DNA of 64,000 nt, taken from NCBI RefSeq assembly GCF_036321535.1, contig NC_087437.1:45448001-45512000 (forward strand), given 5' to 3'. Numbering within the stretch: the stretch's first letter is position 1; the number at the start of each line of letters is the position of its first letter. The position numbers and the translations under genes were made by a program. Source of the DNA: Camelus dromedarius. Its lineage: Eukaryota. Positions 52,674-64,000 of the stretch are shown here, piece after piece. The notes under the pieces were generated by a model. That model was given only the letters and a program-made list of their open reading frames with translations. It was not told the DNA's origin and did not search any database.

Positions 52674-52797
52674 CAGCCATGCCCATGTGTCATCCTAGAG
52701 ATTCTAATTGAGTTGGTCTAGGAAGGGCTGTGTCCTCTACATTTGTTGTAAAACTCCCTAAGTGATTCTAATAGATAGCCAGAGTTGAGAACCTACT
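52456..52797. mobile_element. MER5B-like element split by a SINE
   Basis: cagtgattttcaac...cacattaggatca.../...agagattctaatt...ttggtctagg...gtgattctaat...agccagagttgagaacc. Confidence 0.75.
52523..52669 (+). mobile_element. Full-length camelid SINE (vic-1-like) with long poly(A)
   Basis: A-box-like tagctcaagagg, B-box-like attcaatcc, (AAAT)n, ~28 A; 16-bp TSD aagacagcca(c/t)gccca (52507-52522, 52670-52685). Confidence 0.93.
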
Positions 52798-54199
52798 TTG
52801 TGTGTAGTGCTAGGCTATTTTTCCCTTAACTCCACGTAGCTGGAGGCAGAAGGTAGGGCACAAAGAATACATATTTCAGTGAAGTTTATCTCACTGCCCC
52901 TGGGAGAGCATACTTGAAGTCTGACCCCTAATTCACTGATTCTCAAATCATGCTCTCACTGAGCTCCATCAAAATGTGCTGTGACCAAAATCAAATATTC
53001 AATTTCTTCTCTTAATTCAGAGAACAATATTAAGCTAATGGAATGGAAGGTTCTTGATTTAAAGTTTTTCTTCTACAATTATTTTAAATCTGACAATCTT
53101 AGAGATTATCTATGTTAAAATATAGCAAAAGATGGTATCTGATGAAGCACAACATTTTATATTTATTTCCTATAAATTTAGTGCAGCAGTATTTTATTAT
53201 TCTGCTCACTGCCCAACAGGCACCATGCATTTCAGATATATTATCAACTAAACAAAGCAGGAAATACTACCTTGATTCCTTAATCTGTACCCTGACTTGA
53301 TTTCAGTTTCCAAATCCAGAAATTCTGTAGCCCTTTTGATTAAAATAATCTTGAGAATAGTAGATACTGAAAAAAATACTTATTGGATTGAATTTATTTC
53401 TTCTGTTATAGTTTTCCAGTAAACTTCTGTTGAGATATTTCCATTTTTTTCTGCTCATAATTTTCTGTTTTGTCTCATTCATTTTATCTTCTCTCTAAAA
53501 ATCCTAGTTTAACCAGGATTTGAAAAACAAGCTGGAGTGACGAAATAAAAAGGAAAGGATGTCCAAAAGCTCCGAAGGCAAAAGTGGAAAATGGCTGATT
53601 TAGGGAACAAAAAGCAGAAATTAAGTGTAATGCGTGAAAGGAGGAAGAGGGTGCGAGAGCTACGGAGGCAACCATCTAACCGCCAGGGGGACTGTCAAGA
53701 TCAGATGACTTCCTTTGTCCCCTCAGGGCTCCTTTCTTATCTGATTAGATCTTCCTGTGCTAAATGTTGCCCTGATCATCTCTACAGCCACTGAATTTGG
53801 CTATTAGATTCCTGATTCACACCAGTTGCCAGATTACAAATTCCTAAAATACCACGTAAAAAATTGCTCAAAAATTATATAAACTCTCCTTTGCTAGGTG
53901 AATTTAAAAGTTCTATGGACTAGTCTCAATTTACCGTTCACCTCTTCATTCTTACTGTGAGGAAAATGAGGCCAAAGTCAGAGTAGTAAGGAGCATAAAT
54001 ATTTGTCCAGGAATTTAACTGAAATCAAACTATGCCTGTCCCACACTTCTAGCAAGTTTTATCAAAGGGCCACAATGTTGTGGTTATGATGGCATCTAAG
54101 CTGGGCTTGAAAGTCACTGGAGCTGGGAAAAAGAGAAAAAAAAATTGAACTAAAAAAGATGATCATTTAGTCCACATAGAAACCTAAGTACCCTGGGAA

Positions 54200-54800
54200 G
54201 TGTGTCCCTGCCCCTCCCTACAGGCCTGTAGTAACTGTGAAGACAGAATATTATTAGACATGATCCTGCCATCCTGACTGCAGCTGCATGATCCAAACTG
54301 GACCAATAGAGACTTTCCCAGGGTATTTGGATTTGTGACCTAGTAGTTGTTGGTTGTCGGTCATATTTCCTGCAATGACAACTACATGTAGAGTAGGAAT
54401 GTAGAATGATACGAACAAACAGGGAAAAGCAAAGACAAGCAGCAGAGAGACAGCTGAAGGGAGTTAAAGTCAGGGATCCATGTGTTTATGTGGCCTAACT
54501 ACTTTGAGATGCTTCCCGCAGCACTCTTGTTCTATGAAATGGTCCCCTGTATTTTGAGTAAAGCCCATCTTTTGCCTAAGCGAGTCCCTTTGAGATGCTG
54601 CGCTTGAAACCCAAACAATCCTAACTCGTACACACACTCTGAGGCATGAGCTGTTGCAAGTGGCAGATCCGACCAAGGCTGGTGAAATGGGAGAACAGGG
54701 AGATTCCAGGATCCGGAGCTGAGCAGATGGCAGCCCTGGTTCCCGAGCAGCAGAGCAGTTGGTTAAGCCATCACTGATTGTCTTTTGAGTGCAGACTACA
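54200..54800 (+). mobile_element. Old ERVL/MaLR LTR (LTR16/MLT1-like) ending ~54632 plus start of internal sequence
   Basis: atgatccaaactggaccaatagagac...ttttgcctaagc...aacccaaacaatcctaactcgtaca, then gctgttgcaagtggcaga. Confidence 0.55.
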
Positions 54801-55113
54801 TGCTTACAAAATCCAGAGCAACTAAGGACAAGAGACCCAAATTTAAGGAAACTGGAGAATGTTGGCTAACTTTTATAAACTGAAATATGGTGTTAAGAAG
54901 AGGGGGAAAAAAGCCACTGAAAGCAAGACAGAATAACTGGAGGAAGAATCTAAGTTTGTTAAGAGAAATGCTTGCCATCAGATAATCATATACTTTTTAT
55001 GAATGAGGGAAGAAGACAGATCTCACACCCGAAAGGCAGGGGCCTGTAAATACTAGAAATGGGAGTGGAGAGGGTTGAGAAGAGCAGGGGACAGACGCTG
55101 GGAAGCCTGATCT

Positions 55114-55581
55114 CGTTACCAAAGGCAAGTTTGTGTGGTCGACGCACAGTGAGGCTAAACAAACTGAAACGTCCATGTTTGGAGCAGAGAAAGGTTTACT
55201 GCAGGGCCAAGCAAGTAGAATGGGGTGCCACATGCCTGAGAAAACTCTGATTCCTTGAACGGTTTCAGTAAATCATTTTTAAAGACCAGGTAAGGGAGGG
55301 GGGATTGCAGGGTATGTGATCAGCTCATGCACAGTTCTGATTGGCTGATGCTGAGGTAACAGGGCAGTCAACACTACCCGTCCCTCGAAGCCAGAAGGTC
55401 TGGGGGCCATGATCATCAAGTAGTTAATTTCTTCTATTTGGTGGTGTTTTAGCATCTGAAAAACTCAGGAAATATGCATGAGATACTATTATTATCTGGG
55501 TTCCTCAGAGAGGAGCTACAGCAGAGGATATGGAGGAGGGGTCTGTACCAAGAAGGCCCCACAGGATCCTGCTCTGTTACA
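55114..55581 (-). mobile_element. ERV1-type solo LTR (artiodactyl MER41-like)
   Basis: Ends (c)gttacc...ctctgttaca; tttggagcagagaaaggtttactgcagggcc; reverse CCAAT (ctgattggctg); TSD not convincing. Confidence 0.75.
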
Positions 55582-56439
55582 ACCCTTCTTGTGTCTCCAA
55601 GTGCGTCACCCTCTATCACCCCCGTCTGTCAGAGGCAATAATGCTTCAAACTGGAAAGCAGTTTTGGAGCAGCAGGCAGCCCTAAGGGGACTTTAAACCT
55701 GGCTGGCCTCCTCCCTCTTGGGTCTGTTCAGGTTTCATTAGGTTGTTGGCTTCAGGGAAAGAAATCCCAGGAATAGCACTAAGAAGCAGAAGCCCAAGGG
55801 CCGGGGTACAAAGAGCCTGGACTGGGCATTCAAGGGTAGATAGGATTTCGGCAGGCAGAGAGAGGGGCCTAGAAGGACAATCCAGTGAAAGGGCAGGATG
55901 AAACACTCCACCGTTTGGAAGAAGAGTGATAGTCCCGTGTGACTAAGCAAGGCGCGCACATAAAGGGGAGCATAGAAAATTAAGGTTGTCAACGACACCT
56001 TGGGGCATCCAGTACTTCTCAGAGGCCATTCAGGGGTCTCCTTTATTTCTGACTTCTTGGCTTCCCTTCTTACAGATAAAGTTAATGGAACATTAACCGC
56101 TAGACAAGCAAAGTGTTGCTGTAATTCCTCTCAGCATACTTCCTGGTTTCCTTTACAATAAATCCCCAAATTCTTATTGGTAAAATGTATTTCCTACAAA
56201 AGAGCTTGCCAGGTAGGATTTTCTTAATTATAATTTTTACAAACATAGATATACCTTCGTCTCCATCTCTGCTTCCACTACCCACTTTTCCCAACACTGA
56301 CAAACACAAATACAGAAAAATGAGTGTATTTAATTTTTACGCAATAAGAAATGTTATCTTGGAAAAATATCTGTAAATGACTATCGTTGAATTTGCTCAA
56401 AAAGCAAGAGTCAGCAAGTATCCTGAATATATGTATATA

Positions 56440-56617
56440 GCTATGCTGTTTGAACATGGTAGCCAACAGTCTTCTGTGCCTATTTAAATTTAAATAAAGA
56501 CTTAGTTTCACAGGCACACTAACCACATTTCAAGTGCCTAATTGCTACATGAGGCTATGTTAGGCAGCACGACACAGAATATTTCCATCATCAAAAATGT
56601 TCTGTTGAACAGCACTG
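56440..56617. mobile_element. MER3-type hAT-Charlie element
   Basis: cacactaaccacatttcaagtgc...cagaatatttccatcatcaaaaatgttctgttgaacagcactg. Confidence 0.82.
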
Positions 56618-58682
56618 GTTTACATATCAATTATTCAGAATGATCTAGCAACTGTAAGGCTCAGTAAAGAGGTTTTAAATCTTGTGCAATAAGCAAATAG
56701 ACTCCTCCAGCTTCTCCTCCAGCTTATGAAGGGTCCAGGGAGAAACATTTTTTAAAGGGGAATCAGGCTATAGAGGGGAAAGTTATCAAAGAGCAGTAGC
56801 TAAACAAGGTTAAGACAAGCTTGATGCTGGTTTGATAATATTTCAGTAGTGTTTTCAATATTCCCACACGTCTTTTCACAGCAAGAGTCTTTCCAGATCT
56901 GGCTGTTTTCCTGAAACCTCCTTCAGGATCCCTTTCTTAGGTTTTTTTAGTCACTGCAAAGCAATGAAAGCATCAGGGTAGATCATGTCCAACAGTCAGG
57001 AGAGGCTTGAACTGAAAGCCAGAGGCAACAATGAACAATCATTTCCTCTTTCCAGTGTCTCACCCAAACCAAGCCCAACCCAACCACAACAAAGCCCACA
57101 AGCACCCCTGGGGGTGGCAGAGCGGAGGGGCATGGGGCCACCCGCAACCAGGCTTTTAGAACAAAGTGCGTTACTCAGGGCAACTCCACATACACACCGG
57201 GCATCTCATCTTTGCCTTTAGAGTAATTGTTTTCCTATGAACAGGAAATGTCCTCAGATTTTCTGTGAGATTTGGAACCTACATCAGAGAAAGAAACTGC
57301 AAAAACTTGAGCAACCATTATCTAATTCTCCTCTATATTTCCTCCCTGACTGTGGTGTCCCTCATGCTTCTCCACCTGGTGTCCCTGGGATCTGAACATT
57401 ACAATGAGCCAAAGTTCTCCTTTCTAACTGTCGTAGAGATTTAAAATAAAATGTGAAGGAAAACAGCTTCTTAGAGAAATAACATCTACATACACATCCA
57501 CAATCCCTGTTCTCCCCAGAAGCTATGCCTTTAGTTCTGCTTAACCTCAACTTTTTAATATGACAGAACAACCAAGAGATTGCAACACCATCATGTATTT
57601 GATTAAAGATGCAGCCCCTTTATAGCATGTTTCCAGTAAGATAAAATATTCAGTCGCATGATTTCTAGACAATAAATTTTCCACAGTATGACTTATAGCT
57701 GGCTCATCAGCCACAAAAGCTGAATAATAATCAAAGTTAACCTCCATATTTCTAAGAGGAAGACACTGGTGTTTCCGATCTTAATTCTTGGCCTGACATT
57801 GGTTAAAGAGGTGCTAATACCCCACATTTTACAGTGCCATCAATATTGCAAATAAATGCACAACACAATGAAAATATTTATGTGTGCTACTATCCAGAAA
57901 GATAGAGTTAGGAAAAATATGGTAAAGGATAAGTAACCTTGACAAATTAGGCTTCATTGAAATACTTCCCAGGCCTTGCCCAGAAACATAAATAATTCAC
58001 AGAGCCCAGCACCAAATACAAATGAAGAGCATTTGTTATTAATCCACCCCTCTTTTTTTGGCCAAAGCATTGTTCTTCCACAATGAAACACGCTCTACCA
58101 CTTTCTGTTCTCTCTTGCACCACCTGCCAGTCATGAAAGATGTAATTTATCTTTATGCAAAGAGCCACACCCAAGGATGGGGTGTGTGTTTGTGTATAAG
58201 CAGCCCACAGGGGTCTTGCAGCACTAAGTCATCATCAGATCATAAACGACAAATTTATGTTTGGAACGTTCGTGTCACCTGGGAACTCGTAATACAGACC
58301 GACCAATCCATTAGTAAAACATGTATGGCAAATGTCCTTTACCTAAGGGTAGAAATTATTCACATCAGGGAAAATTTAAATTCCATTTTCAAAGTTAAAG
58401 AGACACAGTTTATTCTTTAAGAAAGTAAGTGAGGAAATGGATGGATAGGAAAGGAATCAATGAACTTGGACCTTGTCCTAAAGCCCTATCATTAAAAACC
58501 AGAACGCTCTGTTCAGCTGAATCAACTTAAAAAAAAAGAAGGAAATGAATAGTTTGACCTAGCTGACCTCTGAAAAGGCGGCTGAGTTGTTTCATTTTAA
58601 ATAATAGCTAATGTTCCAATCTCTTTAATTTGTTACTATTAGTATAAGTGAATTTTTCTTATTCTTCAACCTGCTACTAATA

Positions 58683-58711
58683 TGTGTGTGTGTGTGTGGG
58701 TGTATATATAT
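58683..58711 (+). repeat. (TG)n-(TA)n microsatellite
   Basis: Read directly. Confidence 0.85.
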
Positions 58712-58964
58712 ACACTTCTCCAAAGTAGCTTTGAATATCTTCAATGAAGAGGGGAAAAAAAGCACAGATTATGAAGATCGGGGGTGAAGTATGGGATGGA
58801 AGAGAGATAATATGTAAAAACAGGGAGAGAGAAGATGACAGGAAGACAAATTTGGAAAAGCATGTGACATAATACGTGAACTCATCCGCACAGCCATTGG
58901 TGAGGGTAAGAGAGATAATTACCCTTTTCAGACCCTGCATAACATATTAGAATGGAGTAAATAA

Positions 58965-59160
58965 TACACCTGAGTTTGAATCCCAGCTTTGCCTATTAGC
59001 TGAGTGTCCTTGGGCAGGTTATGAAACCTCACAGAGAATCATTTCCCTTAATTATTAAACAGATAAAATAATATCTTATAAGGATGTCCTGAGGCCTAAA
59101 TGAGACAACCTAGGTGGAGTCCCTGGCACAGGGTAGGAACTCTGTAAATGTTAGTTTCCA
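58965..59160 (+). mobile_element. MIR
   Basis: cctgagtttgaatcccagctttgcctattagctgagtgtccttgggcaggtta...cctggcacagggtagg. Confidence 0.85.
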
Positions 59161-60389
59161 TCCTTACTTGACAACTGGGGAAACCTGACTTGTCCTCTTA
59201 CAGTGCTATGTGAACATTTCCCTGGGATCTATTAGGAGAACAATCACCAGGTAATCATGTGTGTGTGTTTAATACTTAATCTGATTAAGTGCTGCCAGTT
59301 TGCCCCCCATGCTGGTTTGTACCAGACTCGACACCCACAAGCAGGGCACAAATGTTCCTGGTCCCCACATCCTGCTGGGTGCTTTACTTGATTTTATTTA
59401 ATCTGCACAATTATTCTAATGAAAACCAGAGTGTTCTGCTCTCCAACTTGCAAGTAAGAAAATCAGGACATAGTGACATAAATAACCTGCTCAGTTTCAC
59501 AGCTAGTGATGGTAGAGACAGTCAAACCCAAGTGGCCCATTTCCAAAACTTTCCTTTCCTTGTTATTTTTGATATAAAGCCTTTGCTTTCCGTGGTCCTG
59601 GGCAGGAAAGATAGCTTGACTCACAGTGTTCTGACTCACAACCTCTACTCCAGCTTCTTCTACTTCACACTTTCTTAACAGAAAATGGTGCACTAAATGT
59701 TCAGGGGATGATTGCCCAAGAGGTTTTGAGAAAAAAACTCCATGATTCTTGACAAGGCAAAAACTTTAAACAAAGAAGATATATATTCAACTCAAGAACA
59801 CAAATACACTGTGAGCATGCATTTTGGCCAGGTGCTTTCTAGATGCAACATTGTATAGAAATCCAGCTGAATAAGAATTTGTGTCTAGAAGGAACAAAAC
59901 AAATATTCCGAGAAATCAGGAAATTATGTAAACAAATATTTAGTCATTCCTTTTCACCCCAAAAGTGCTGCCAACACTTTCTCCACTATTTCTGCTAATG
60001 GGAATCTGGTTCTTAGAGTTATTAAGTCAAGGAGAGTTGCCACTTGGGGAGTTTCAAGCAGTGGCAGAGGAGGGGAAGGTAACGGAACCAGCTCCTCTCG
60101 CTATCCCTTCTCCTCCCTCTGTGCCATCAGTGAGAGGGTGTGTTGTCTATAGAGAATTTTAAAACAGTAATAAAATCAATTTTAAAGAAAGTCAGACCTT
60201 TTTTTGTTATTACCATGCACAGGCACTTCTAAACAATCCAGTGATAAAATATTCAGCCTCACTTGTTGGGGTAAACCTACCTTTATACCACTTGTTCTGA
60301 GAAATTGCTACATTTCAAAAGTGGCAGCTAAAATTTGACCTTGGGGAGCCTTGTCTTAGATCTTTGTTTACCACTTTGATGAATAGTTT

Positions 60390-60889
60390 TTTATTTGTTT
60401 TTATTGATGTATAGTCAGTTTACACTGTGTCAATTTCTGGTGTACAGCATAATGTTTCTCTCATACAGATATATACATATATTCATTTTCACATTCTTTT
60501 TCATTACAGATTACTCCAAAATATTGCATATACTTCCCTGTGCTACACAGAAGAAATTTGTCATTTATCTACTTTATGTATACTAGTTAATATTTGCAAA
60601 TCTCGAACTCCCAATCTATCCCTTCCCATTCTCTTCCCCCACCGTAACCGTAAGTTTTTTTTTTTTACTATGTCTAAAAGTCTGCTTCTGTATTGTAGAT
60701 AAGTCATCAGTGTCTCCTTTTTTCTTTTTTTGTTTTTAGATTCCACATATGAATGATATCATTTTTCTTTCTCTTTCTGGCTTACTTCACTTAGAACAAT
60801 GATCTCCAGGTCCATCCATGTTGCTGCAAATGGCATTATTTTCTTCTTTTTAATGGCTGAGTAATAGTCCATTGTATAAATATACCATA
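60390..60889 (-). mobile_element. 5'-truncated L1 (ORF2 end + 3' UTR), young subfamily
   Basis: Reverse of the L1 3' end; perfect 12-bp TSD gatgaatagttt (60378-60389, 60890-60901). Confidence 0.93.
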
Positions 60890-63569
60890 GATGAATAGTT
60901 TCAATCACTAGTAGCACAAGTATTTACCTGTTGTTCTTGGGCAATCCCTCAATTGAGGAAGAAATGTTAATGCATTACATTTTATAATGTAAAACCTAAC
61001 TTCTTTGGGGAAAATGTGCAATTCTATCATGATTCCTTTGTCAACTATTTTTGCTACCTTGGTGTGGGATTGGATACAGGAACAAGGAAGAGAAAAAGTT
61101 CCCCAGTAGAGGAGCCTGTTGGCAAGCCTAGGCAAAATGCTGGTAAGGGGAGTGGAAAATAGACTCCACAAACTGCTATGTCAAATATCTGGTTTTCAAG
61201 TTTCCTACTAGATGCTACAGGAAAGTTTTGTCAAAACACTGCAGCCTAATGTTAGCTGCATTTTGAGGAATTGTAGGAGGGATCTATGTTGGCATGGAGG
61301 ATGAGAGGGATGGATAAATATCTTCAGAAGAACGGAGTAGCAATTATGACATGGCAAAAGGTTTACCTGAAGAGAAATCCATAGAAATTTGGAGTAAAAG
61401 TTGTCTAGGAACAAGAAGGATGGATGTGGGAAACGTGTCAGTCTGGGAATCCCAACTATATGCCTAGAGGAACTGTGTGAGAAAACAAACTATGAGGGGC
61501 TAGTGGAACCTAGCGAGGTCATGTCTCTCTAAGTTTGTCCAAGAATTACCATTGCATACAAAAGTGTACAGACCTACAGACTTTTCTAAAGGAATTACAG
61601 AATTTGAGTTTAAATGGGAAATCATTCATTATTTAAAAGCTGCAAAAGAATGGATAAATTCCTTATTGCAATTGCTGATACTCAAGCCTTGGAAATTCTC
61701 AGAATTTCCCAAGACATACATCTGACATGGACATGATGGAGACATGAATTTTTATATGATTAAAAAGGAGGATGGCCCATTAAAAGCAGATCTTGAGTAA
61801 ATTCATATTATAACTATGAAACAAGGTAGACCATGCTATGTGCTATAAGAAAATTATTGTCAGTGATCTTAAAAGATTCCATGGAAAAGGGGAACTTGAA
61901 CTGGTCCTAGGTAATAAGTAAGTTATCAACAGGGAGAGATGATTGGGGAAAAGCAGAAGGAAGGGAAGGAATATCTAGAGAAAAGAAACTGTGTTATTAG
62001 ATGCAGTTAGAGATTTTTTTTAACCCATGTTTGAAGACTTGAAATTGTACAGATTCGTTGGATAGAAAATTTTAAGAAAGGAGGGAAAATAAGACTAGGA
62101 AGGTGGATACAGTCATCACAGAAGGCCTTGGAGGACAGGATGAGTGCCCTGCCCAATGCTCAGTGTGCATATGGAATACTTAAAGAATTTTAAAGGTCAG
62201 TTAACTATACATTTATTCATTTATTAAGCACCTAGAGTTTCCCAAAGCATCATCAGTAATGGCAAATCCATAGAATAATTTTCTAAAGTATAGCACAGTA
62301 CTGGCATTTTCTGTCAAACTTTAAGCAACAAAAGAAGGTTGTAATTAATTAAAATAACCTCACCTGCTACAATGAATGATTCTCATGGTTCCAGCAAATA
62401 CACAAGATAATGTGAAAATTCTGTTACTGAGCAAGGGAGAAAACCACTTAAATCTAATGGGAAAAAAGCATTGCCCTATGGCTATTGGGCATATTTGTCA
62501 CAAACACTAAGCATTTATGGACCCCAAACGCTTAGCATTGTTTTTCAGAGTCCCGAACGTCCAATGTTTTTCCTGCAGTGCAACATATGTAAGCTGCTTA
62601 AATCAGCTTCTGACATCACTTCAACTTCAAACTGGAGGCTATGTGAGGCTTAGCAGATGGCAAAACCCATCCAGTTTCCTAAGTGTGTGTTCAGCATAAG
62701 GTGCTCGTATGTTCTCTTGGACCTGGCTGGGCTGAAATCTTCCCTTGGAGAAAAATACATGGTGTTCAGTTTTATGGTGATGAGTCAGAACCCCAGCCAC
62801 TGGAGCTATGTTTTGCTTTTTTTCTTTCACAAAGGTTAAGAGCACAGTCACAGTGGCTTAACTGACTCTTAACCAGGCTTAGGAAAACTGAAAGTTGATT
62901 AATTGCCTTGTGACTATGATTAAATTTAAGCCTGGATAATTCAAGACCCTCTAATCATTCCAGAAATTTAAAATTTGCTTCCCTAGGACTCAGGTTTTCA
63001 TTCTTTAAGAAAAGCAAAATCTTCTTTTCAGGACTTTCATTTCAGGCTTCCTCATGAAATTCAGGCTCAGAAAAAAAAAAAAATAGCAGTAAAAGCATAG
63101 TTTCAGAAAAAAAAAGGGGGCTGAAATTTAGATCCAGGACAGAAAAAGAGGAACAAACGTAACAAAGCATGAAAGAGCCACGCATCTCAGTTTACTGCAG
63201 AACAATTATAAATCTCCCTAATCTGACATTCAAGGCTCTCCACAGTCTGGCCCCATCATGCCTTTGCCAGACCATGTCTGTAGGTATAGTATAGTCGTTC
63301 AAATCGGGCTAGTCTCTATTTTCTCAAATCCCATGTTGCCTCACCTCGGCCCCTTTGCATAGGCTGGTCCCTTTTCTAAGAAGGACTTTCCAGCCCCTCG
63401 TTGTGATTCTGGCAAAGCCAGAATTTAGAGTCCATGTTGGAAGGGAGCTGGTGGAGGATGGAAGAGACAGGTGAGGTGGGAAATGGAGATTGGAGCCAGA
63501 AGGCAGAAGACCGTGAATCTTTCTCGAGGAAACCTGAACTTCTTCCTGTAGGCCACTGTTGGATAAACT

Positions 63570-63760
63570 GTCAATAGACTACCTGCATCTGTACCATCTG
63601 GGGGCCTTTACAGAAGGCATATTCTTGGATCCAGGCATCCTAGATTAACAACTCTGGGTATGAGACCTAGGACCGGCCTTTCATTAAGCCCATTAGGCTT
63701 AGATGATGAATTAGGCTTTTAGGTGATTCTATCATATGTATTTGAAAGTTTGAATGCTAT
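63570..63760. mobile_element. MER5-type element nested in L2 remnants (63200-63900)
   Basis: gtcaatagactacctgcatc...catctgggggcc...atattcttggatcc...aactctgggtatgagacctagga...aggtgattct...aaagtttga. Confidence 0.6.
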
Positions 63761-64000
63761 AGATGTCTAATAACTACATACCTGAGAATGAAAACAGATT
63801 TGTGCATTCAGAGAGATAATTTGCACAGCAGATGAGGCCTGGGAGCATGGAGGAAGAGACCAGAGGCAGAAAATGATTAGGAAATGATTGCAGCATCCAC
63901 TATGAACCGTTCTATCATTAAACCCTCCTCATTTCTGGCTTTGGAGTCACAACACACTCTCTCTCAACTCTCTTGCTACACCTGCTTCTGCCCTTCCGAA

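Noticed and set aside
1..64000. CRISPR array, operon or prokaryotic defence system
   Set aside because: Mammalian repeat-rich DNA; no regularly spaced repeat-spacer array and no long ORFs

Overview
AT-rich, CpG-poor mammalian non-coding DNA (intergenic or deep intronic), most likely from a camelid. That assignment is inferred from three copies of a tRNA-derived SINE of the vic-1 type with its (AAAT)n-CCTAATTACCTCCCC tail; the L1 3' UTRs are of artiodactyl type. I found no convincing protein-coding exon, RNA gene, CpG island or CRISPR array. The only real protein homologies are frameshifted L1 ORF2 pieces (26621-28100) and a decayed Tigger transposase fragment (~51790-52040). The rest is old repeats (MIR, L2, L1M, MLT1/MLT2, MER5, MER20, MER2, MER3) plus younger L1/SINE insertions with readable target-site duplications (TSDs). 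The most unusual structure is a 2.7-kb composite insertion (25998-28685): mRNA-like 3' end, MIR fragment, then 5'-truncated L1, bracketed by a 72-bp direct repeat that starts at an L1-endonuclease-type site and breaks inside a MER5. There are also a candidate CCAAT+TATA promoter near 43.5 kb and several motif-dense candidate enhancers. Repeat family names are from recall of consensus sequences, not from a RepeatMasker run. I do not see evidence for a new multi-gene system.
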